Under the pieces are notes generated by a model. It did not search any database, had not been told where the DNA came from, and saw only the letters and a program-made list of their open reading frames with translations. Below are positions 58,418 to 64,000 of a DNA stretch of 64,000 bases, in pieces; position 1 is the first letter of the stretch; the number at the start of each line of letters is the position of its first letter. The position numbers were made by a program, and so were the translations under genes. Source of the stretch: Candidatus Anstonellales archaeon (GTDB taxonomy: Archaea; Micrarchaeota; Micrarchaeia; Anstonellales; CG1-02-47-40); the NCBI GenBank assembly GCA_038869735.1, contig JAWCQO010000001.1:8684-72683 (forward strand). Direction: 5' to 3'.

Positions 58418-59944
58418 TTATTTTTTCTTTGAAAGGTCCTTCTTTTTTTCTTTTTTTTCTTTTTTATTTGGGACAACATTGTGTTCTAAATTTCCGAGAT
58501 GTTCAAGAAGAGTGTCTCTGGATGTTATTGCTTGAGAAAAGTTTTCATAAGCACTCCTTGCTCGTAACCTGAGTGTATCAACGCCAACACCTGGAGGTTC
58601 TTCATCAGTGCTGACTGATGCTTCTATTGACTTGACTATACTTTTTGCCTCAATTATAAGATCCGCTATTCTCTTTTTGGAAGCTTCAATCTGCCTGTTT
58701 ATTTCTTCCTCTGTCCTTTGTGCAGAGATGGCTTCAAAAAGGTTTTTTTCAGATACTTCTTTTAACTCGTCGATATATCGTCTGACAAAATTTGTTTCTA
58801 CGGATTCCCTAAGAGACTCGTATGCTTTTTGACTCTCTTGCGCAAAACGTTCAAATTCGTCAAGACGACGCGAGTATTCGTTAATGTATTCAACCACTGT
58901 TCGATCAATGTGTGAAAGTCTATTTATCTGCTCTGAGAGTTCCTTGATCTTCTGCTTTTGAGTTTCAAGGGAAGAACGCATTGGTAAGAGTCGTAAAGAA
59001 AGGTTTTTTGTAATTGTTTCTATTGAATCATAGGTTTTTTGAGCCGCCTCTAGATGCTCCATGTTCTGTCTTATTTGTGCAGTCGCTTCCTGGATGGTTA
59101 AACGGAGCTTTTGCTGCTCCTCTTTTGATTTCTCCAAAAGTTGAACAAGATCAATGAGCTTGGATTCGGCTCCAAAGAGATCTCTTTCATTTTCTTCTAC
59201 TTTTTTTGTTGTATCATATCTTGCTTGATTGATTTCTATAAGTAGTTTTTCAATCTGAGTCTTTAGGCTTTGAAACACTTTCCTTGCTTCTATATCGATA
59301 GATGCTATCTTTTCGAGGTATGACTCCATCTGTTGTGCTGTCTCCGGAATTTCCATTGTTCTCTGCTGAAGAAATAAAATTGTTTTTTCCTTTTCTAGTA
59401 ATCTCTCTGCTATCGTTTGAAGCTGAGTATCCATTCTTTTTTCGATTGGAAGGTAAACCTCTTCGTATATTTTTTCTTTTTCTGAATGCAACTTTGCAAG
59501 AACCTTCTTTTCTTTTTCTATTTCAGCAATATATTCTTTAAGTCGGTTGGCAGAAAGGTTGAGGCTTAATGGCTTTTTCTTCTTTCTACTTTTCGGCTTT
59601 CTCAAAGGCGGTGAGGCGGATTCGGTTTGAGAGAAAGCTTGGGGAAGAGAGGGACTGGACAGAGTATCTTCTTTTTCCAATTCTTTTTCGTGAGGTTGTG
59701 AGACTAAGTTTTCCTTATGGTCTACATGTGCCTTCTTTCCTTTCCAGCGAACATATGTCTTTGTAAGTAAGTATTCTAACTCAATAAGGCCTCTTTCTTC
59801 TAATACACGAAGCCATCTTTCTGTGTCTTTTATACCGAGCCCACAGACTGACGCTGCCTCTGAAACTTCAACAACCTTTTTTGATTTGAGAAACTCTACG
59901 AGTATATCTATTTGAGTATTTATGTCCCTGTTTGAGTGATCCAA
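58418..59944 (-). CDS. Long coiled-coil protein with an N-terminal wHTH domain and a poly-Lys/Glu C-terminus.
   Basis: The N-terminal ~75 aa are winged-helix-like. They are followed by ~350 aa of heptad-rich Q/E/K/L sequence and a KKEKKEKKKD tail. Confidence 0.45.
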   Translation of the reverse strand: MDHSNRDINTQIDILVEFLKSKKVVEVSEAASVCGLGIKDTERWLRVLEERGLIELEYLLTKTYVRWKGKKAHVDHKENLVSQPHEKELEKEDTLSSPSLPQAFSQTESASPPLRKPKSRKKKKPLSLNLSANRLKEYIAEIEKEKKVLAKLHSEKEKIYEEVYLPIEKRMDTQLQTIAERLLEKEKTILFLQQRTMEIPETAQQMESYLEKIASIDIEARKVFQSLKTQIEKLLIEINQARYDTTKKVEENERDLFGAESKLIDLVQLLEKSKEEQQKLRLTIQEATAQIRQNMEHLEAAQKTYDSIETITKNLSLRLLPMRSSLETQKQKIKELSEQINRLSHIDRTVVEYINEYSRRLDEFERFAQESQKAYESLRESVETNFVRRYIDELKEVSEKNLFEAISAQRTEEEINRQIEASKKRIADLIIEAKSIVKSIEASVSTDEEPPGVGVDTLRLRARSAYENFSQAITSRDTLLEHLGNLEHNVVPNKKEKKEKKKDLSKKK

Positions 59945-59949
59945 TTATA

Positions 59950-60001
59950 AACACCAGCTACTATGCGGAGATAGGAACACCAGCTACTATGCGGAGATAG
60001 G
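59950..60001. repeat. Exact tandem duplication of a 26-nt unit (aacaccagctactatgcggagatagg x2).
   Basis: Read directly. Copy 2 contains the rpl10e stop codon and last four codons; copy 1 lies immediately downstream. Confidence 0.85.
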
Positions 60002-60514
60002 CCTCTTTTCAACAACGAACTTTCCGGAAACCTTGCAACGCGCTCGTCTAAAAGCTTCAAGAACGGCATCCTCCTTATCTTTTGTTGTCATGATTCTAAA
60101 CAGTGATTGACCTGGATAGAGCCGTGCTGCTCTGTCCGTGGTGCGTCCAAAAGCCATTCGCATTCCTTTCTGAAGCCTGTCTGCCCCTGCTCCAGCTATC
60201 ATTTTGTTTTCTCTTAGGACTTGATGGGGAAAAACAAGAACATGAAATAGGTATTGGTCTCGCATTACTTTTTCAAGATACTTATTTACCGCTTGCCTTG
60301 ATGCTTCTATTGCGTTGTCTCTAAGCTGCACTGGCTGCTTTGCGACAAAGTCGTACTGTATATTATACGAATCGGAATCCTTTCCCATTTTATATACATG
60401 AAGAGAAAGGTGGGGCATAGCTTTGATATACGATTTTTTTGGAGTGCTTTTTGAGTATCTTGTCCAAGCAACTTTTTTTATACTTCTGCAAGTTCTAGCT
60501 GGCCTTAAACCCAT
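59987..60514 (-). CDS. rpl10e: Ribosomal protein L10e (uL16).
   Basis: ..ENKMIAGAGADRLQKGMRMAFG.. L10e signature; 175 aa. Confidence 0.85.
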   Translation of the reverse strand: MGLRPARTCRSIKKVAWTRYSKSTPKKSYIKAMPHLSLHVYKMGKDSDSYNIQYDFVAKQPVQLRDNAIEASRQAVNKYLEKVMRDQYLFHVLVFPHQVLRENKMIAGAGADRLQKGMRMAFGRTTDRAARLYPGQSLFRIMTTKDKEDAVLEAFRRARCKVSGKFVVEKRPISA

Positions 60515-60535
60515 ATGATGGACACCTCTTAGATA

Positions 60536-61165
60536 TTACTTAATTTCTTCATCTTTTTTGTTTGCATTGTTATTTTTGATATAAGAGTATATAAAAAATT
60601 GCGTTTTTTGAACTATGGGGTTTCCTGCAAGCAAAAAAACCACTAATGAGGATAATGCAGATAGAAAGATAGAGAAGTGGGCAACTGCCTCAAAGTCATT
60701 TGGAGGGATAATTATTTTTTCTACCCCAATATAATAATCTACATAGTCGTTTAAAAAAAAGAATAAAGACGCAGGAATTATAAGAAGAGTGCGTTTGTAA
60801 GGGATAGTAAGGATAGACAAAGCCACCATTCCTATGTGGGGTAAGATGAAAAAAATAAGAGAATTAAGAAGACTTTCTTCTGAAAGATAAACTTGTGGAT
60901 GGAAGAACGCCATCAGGAAAATGGTCCAAATTCCATACTTTATAAGAGCAATTGATGAAAGATAACGTAATAAAAGTAAAGAAGGATCATGGGAGGGGTT
61001 AAGGAGTACGGCCAGAGCAAGAATGATAGATAGAGGGGAATCCGCTACAAACAGCCAAAGATAGATGTTTACTTTCTTAAATGCATAGGAGTAGTAGTAA
61101 ATTCCATAGATAGATGCAAAGATGAGGAGTAGGATGAGTATCTGACGGAGATTAGTGGTTTTCAT
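60536..61165 (-). CDS. Hypothetical polytopic membrane protein.
   Basis: Six or seven predicted hydrophobic helices. Overlaps the acetyltransferase gene by 14 nt. Confidence 0.45.
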   Translation of the reverse strand: MKTTNLRQILILLLIFASIYGIYYYSYAFKKVNIYLWLFVADSPLSIILALAVLLNPSHDPSLLLLRYLSSIALIKYGIWTIFLMAFFHPQVYLSEESLLNSLIFFILPHIGMVALSILTIPYKRTLLIIPASLFFFLNDYVDYYIGVEKIIIPPNDFEAVAHFSIFLSALSSLVVFLLAGNPIVQKTQFFIYSYIKNNNANKKDEEIK

Positions 61166-61652
61166 GCGTCTTTCCTTGCTTTCTGATTATTCTGGCAGGT
61201 GAACCACAAACAAGTTGATTTTTTCCCACGTTTTTTGTTACGATACTGCCCGCTCCGACCGTCGCATTATCACGTATCTCTATACCTGCCAATAGAATAG
61301 AGCGTGCACCTACAACTACATTTTTGCCTATTCTAACTCTCCCCACACGAAATTGGTCTATCAAAAATTCGTGTGCAAGTATTACAGCTCCATAGCCGAT
61401 GATGGAATTTTCCCCTACTTCAATGAGTTCAGGATATAAGAAGTCAAAATCTACGTCCGGCGCGATTGAAACGTCTTTACCTATCCGAATTCCTGTCAGC
61501 GAAAGCAGTAAATTCTTGATGCTAAGTGAAGGAATTTTCTTTGAAATCTGGATTAGACAGTAATTAAAGGCCGTGCGCAAGGGATTTTTTACTCTCCACC
61601 ATAGATGGAGAGAATTTTTACCAGAAACTTTTGTTATTTGTAGCCTTCTCAT
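61152..61652 (-). CDS. Hexapeptide-repeat (LbH) acetyltransferase.
   Basis: Repeated [LIV]GxxxxI hexapeptides (IGKNVVVGARSILLAGIEIRDNATVGAGSIV); 166 aa. Confidence 0.75.
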   Translation of the reverse strand: MRRLQITKVSGKNSLHLWWRVKNPLRTAFNYCLIQISKKIPSLSIKNLLLSLTGIRIGKDVSIAPDVDFDFLYPELIEVGENSIIGYGAVILAHEFLIDQFRVGRVRIGKNVVVGARSILLAGIEIRDNATVGAGSIVTKNVGKNQLVCGSPARIIRKQGKTHENH

Positions 61653-61656
61653 GGAT

Positions 61657-62409
61657 TTAATCGCTATCTAACCGTGGAGCAAGATAGTAGGAGACGTTTG
61701 CTCCCTCTACTTCGTAAGTTATTTTTATAGGGGCATTAGTCTTTAGCTTTATCTCGATTTCTTCAGTATCCGGTGCAGCTTTCGTGACGTCGTCAAGATA
61801 CTGAAGAGGAAACGTTGCTCGCGAAGAAGCCTTTGCAATTATTTCAGATATCTCACTTGAATCTTTTTCGTATTCAGAATGAAGATTTGCTCCATCGCCT
61901 TTTACGTCTGCAAAAAAGCCAGAATCATTCGCTTCAAATGTAATGTGTGAAGAGATTAATGCAGCATCTTTTAATAATTCTTTAAGTGCTGCTGCTGTTA
62001 TTTTGACAAATGCATCATGCTCTATTAAGGGTTCTTTTTGGATTCCACTTGGCATCTCAATAATCGGAAGTTTAAAGCTTCTTTTCTTTTTTTCTGCCAC
62101 AAAGCGTAACACAAGTTTATTTTCATCTTCAAGCACTTCTAGTTGCTCCCCTGCCCGAGCTCTTCCGAGAACCTTGCTTAAACTGTCAAAATTTATCCCT
62201 ACGCGGGAGGTTGATTGCACATCGTATTCCAAAAAAACGTCTTTTGGCATAAAAAAGCAGACCATTGCTATTTGGGATGTGTCCATGGCCTTGAGGCGTA
62301 TTCCCTCTGTTGTAAATTCAAGTTGGCCTTCGTCGATCAAATTTACTATTGAGTCTATTGCTCCCTTGAAGGACCTTGCATCAGAGACAACTATCCTAAA
62401 CATATGCAC
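61657..62409 (-). CDS. pcn: DNA polymerase sliding clamp PCNA.
   Basis: 250 aa with two topologically similar halves and a C-terminal PIP-interaction region. Confidence 0.85.
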   Translation of the reverse strand: MHMFRIVVSDARSFKGAIDSIVNLIDEGQLEFTTEGIRLKAMDTSQIAMVCFFMPKDVFLEYDVQSTSRVGINFDSLSKVLGRARAGEQLEVLEDENKLVLRFVAEKKKRSFKLPIIEMPSGIQKEPLIEHDAFVKITAAALKELLKDAALISSHITFEANDSGFFADVKGDGANLHSEYEKDSSEISEIIAKASSRATFPLQYLDDVTKAAPDTEEIEIKLKTNAPIKITYEVEGANVSYYLAPRLDSD

Positions 62410-62485
62410 CGACCTCCCATCTATTTATGGATGCTAAATTTTTAATTCTGAGTGAGGATTTTTGAAAGCTTTATTTATATAGAAC

Positions 62486-63472
62486 TTAGCTTTGAAGGAC
62501 TGACTTGCATCCTTCTGGTTCAATGAAAGCAAGATCACCTATTTGAAAGAAGGATATGAAAAGCTTGAAATAACCCATATAAGGGATACGCAAAAGAACT
62601 TTTCCTTTTAGTTGAGTAGTTGATGGAGGCACATTAAATTTTCCATTTATATAGTTGTATGCTTGAATGTCTGCGACCGGGTTGTTGTCTCCGCGGGTTA
62701 GGTAATAAGTAGTTGAGTCTGTTCTGAGCCCCAAAAAAACCCTATGTATTATATCATTAGGGTAATAGAGTTCAGAAGCATGTGGAGAGTAGACTATAAT
62801 ATCATTTGATTTATCAAAGCGGTAGCTCTGATTTTGATAAATTATTGCATCAATGCAAGGAGAATAACCTATGTATTGTCCGTCAATGCTAGAAACTTCG
62901 CACCTGGAATAGGTAAAAGTAAATCCACCACGGCTCTCTTTGAATTTTTCTGGATTTTTTAAAAATAAGGTACACGCTGGTTCATATTTTTTGTTGTAAG
63001 CGCAAAAAGAGAAAAAGGAGCCATCTACATCAACTGAATAATTATCGTAATGGACCACTGTTGAGGGGTTTAAGAGGCTATTAAAATCAGATATACTTAC
63101 GTTGATGAATTGTGTTTTTGGGGTTCCGCCCGAAAGTATTACTAAATCTCCTCTTTCTAAGTTTGGGAGCATAGAACAAGTGACTATGCCGTTGATAGGT
63201 GAAGACGCCCCAAGAAGAATGGATGCACCAAACCACAACCCTAAAGCATACAAAATAGTGATTAATGTTTCTTTTATTTCCTTTTTTAATCCATGGGAAA
63301 ATACACCCCCAAGAACTTCTGCTACTAAAAGAGAGAATATAAATATTGCAATTAATACTCCAAAGACGGGATTCTTAGTAAGAAGGAACAGAATGAAGCA
63401 CAAACCAATCAGAAGATAAAAAACGTTATTTTTATTCAGCTGGATTATATACTCCTTAATTGTCACATTCAC
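62486..63472 (-). CDS. Signal peptidase I (Sec11/SPC18 type), extended.
   Basis: N-terminal TM helix plus the catalytic-Ser region CSMLPNLERGDLVIL (S..P...GD motif). Larger (328 aa) than typical archaeal Sec11. Confidence 0.55.
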   Translation of the reverse strand: MNVTIKEYIIQLNKNNVFYLLIGLCFILFLLTKNPVFGVLIAIFIFSLLVAEVLGGVFSHGLKKEIKETLITILYALGLWFGASILLGASSPINGIVTCSMLPNLERGDLVILSGGTPKTQFINVSISDFNSLLNPSTVVHYDNYSVDVDGSFFSFCAYNKKYEPACTLFLKNPEKFKESRGGFTFTYSRCEVSSIDGQYIGYSPCIDAIIYQNQSYRFDKSNDIIVYSPHASELYYPNDIIHRVFLGLRTDSTTYYLTRGDNNPVADIQAYNYINGKFNVPPSTTQLKGKVLLRIPYMGYFKLFISFFQIGDLAFIEPEGCKSVLQS

Positions 63473-63475
63473 TCC

Positions 63476-63745
63476 TTACTCCTTTTTTATGTCTTGCTTG
63501 AATTTTTTAGCTTGGTCTGCAAGCTTTTTAGCAGCATTTGCAAGAACCTTGGCTGGGTCTTTGCTCTTCGTTCTAACAATAAGTTTCAGATTTCCAACCT
63601 CAGGATGTTCTTGGGTGCAAGAAGCAAACTCCACATCCTCATCTTCCAGGGCTATTTCACGTATCGCATTAAGAACTGAGATGTCTTCTCCCCCGACTTC
63701 TAGCTCGAGATAATTTTCCTCTTCCTTTATTACCTTTATTTCCAT
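63476..63745 (-). CDS. rpoL: DNA-directed RNA polymerase subunit L (Rpb11).
   Basis: MEIKVIKEEENYLELEVGGEDISVLNAIREIALEDEDVEFASCTQEHP matches the RpoL pattern; 89 aa. Confidence 0.8.
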   Translation of the reverse strand: MEIKVIKEEENYLELEVGGEDISVLNAIREIALEDEDVEFASCTQEHPEVGNLKLIVRTKSKDPAKVLANAAKKLADQAKKFKQDIKKE

Positions 63746-63775
63746 ATAACAACCACCTTTGACGAATGTTAAGAA

Positions 63776-64000
63776 TTATTTCATGATGCTTTTTCCATAT
63801 TCTGAACTTATCTTTCTCGTTTCTTTTTTTCCACAATGGCTACAGACAAGCATACGGGATACCAAATTCATTGGATGCCTATCTTGAGTACAAAACGCTT
63901 TAATTATCCCAAGGTCATGGCTATTTACTCCAACGGAAACTTCAGTAGGTTTGATATCTATAACTCGAGCTTTGATAATGTCTCCTATTTTGACAAAATC
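63776..64000 (-). CDS. csl4: Exosome subunit Csl4-like (S1 domain + Zn ribbon), 5' end off the window.
   Basis: Manual translation ..KIGDIIKARVIDIKPTEVSVGVNSHDLGIIKAFCTQDRHPMNLVSRMLVCSHCGKKE.. shows an S1-like segment plus a C-terminal Cys/His ribbon. csl4 often precedes rpoL in archaea. Confidence 0.55.
   Translation of the reverse strand, partial: DFVKIGDIIKARVIDIKPTEVSVGVNSHDLGIIKAFCTQDRHPMNLVSRMLVCSHCGKKETRKISSEYGKSIMK

Noticed and set aside
63476-63745. First impression of this 89-aa ORF as elongation factor 1-beta, and of 20733-20993 as an H/ACA Gar1 protein.
   Set aside because: Sequence patterns fit RpoL (MEIKV..LELEVGGEDISVLNAIRE..VEFASC..HP) and L35Ae (..KAHGNKGSVIARFKRGLPGQAIG..) much better, so I re-assigned them.
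1-64000. Scan for CRISPR arrays, integrases/transposases, toxin-antitoxin pairs and known defence-system gene combinations.
   Set aside because: There are no regularly spaced repeats and no recombinase or transposase-like ORFs. The only repeats are the two short terminal duplications reported. The PLD and HerA-like genes are isolated and not in recognised defence-operon arrangements.

Overview
This is an AT-rich archaeal chromosomal segment, densely packed with conserved information-processing and core-metabolism genes. The sequence shows no CRISPR array, integrase or transposase. Main blocks: (1) The 5' end has a partial radical-SAM/GNAT Elp3 running off the window. It is followed by an unusual trio on the minus strand: a secreted Ig/CARDB-like protein, a eukaryote-type (GT3) glycogen synthase and a multi-zinc-ribbon protein. 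(2) Convergent speH/argG, then TFB. (3) An orphan Mre11/SbcD-like nuclease, a hidden Sec61beta gene, and an HD-hydrolase/unknown/AMMECR1 operon. (4) A folate one-carbon cluster (glyA, folD, folC-like, 5-formyl-THF cyclo-ligase, purN) with archease nearby. (5) rpl35ae, two DHH/DHHA1 phosphoesterases, alaX and ADP-forming acetyl-CoA synthetase alpha/beta. (6) The archaeal exosome superoperon (prefoldin beta, pcc1, rpoP, rpl37ae, rrp42, rrp41, rrp4, SBDS, psmA, pop5, rpp30-like, rpl15e), then rtcB, thrS and tpiA. (7) An arginine block (argH, ACT protein, ATP-grasp RimK/LysX-like, carA, argF, carB). (8) A membrane-anchored PLD nuclease, a geranylgeranyl-reductase-like flavoprotein and a squalene/phytoene synthase; peroxiredoxin; rpl10e, PCNA, Sec11-type signal peptidase, rpoL and partial csl4. 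I predict four tRNA genes: Trp(CCA), Thr(GGU), Ser(CGA) and Thr(CGU). Three of them appear to contain introns. Trp carries a ~114-nt intron, and Ser appears to have two introns, one at a non-canonical T-loop position. A well-formed box C/D sRNA candidate sits immediately 3' of alaX. Two gene 3' ends (argG and rpl10e) are flanked by short exact direct duplications. I found no compelling novel multi-gene system. The most unusual loci are the GT3 glycogen-synthase trio, the intron-rich tRNAs, a tiny hyper-acidic ORF with a strong Shine-Dalgarno, and a HerA/FtsK-like ATPase with a long Ser/Thr-rich tail.
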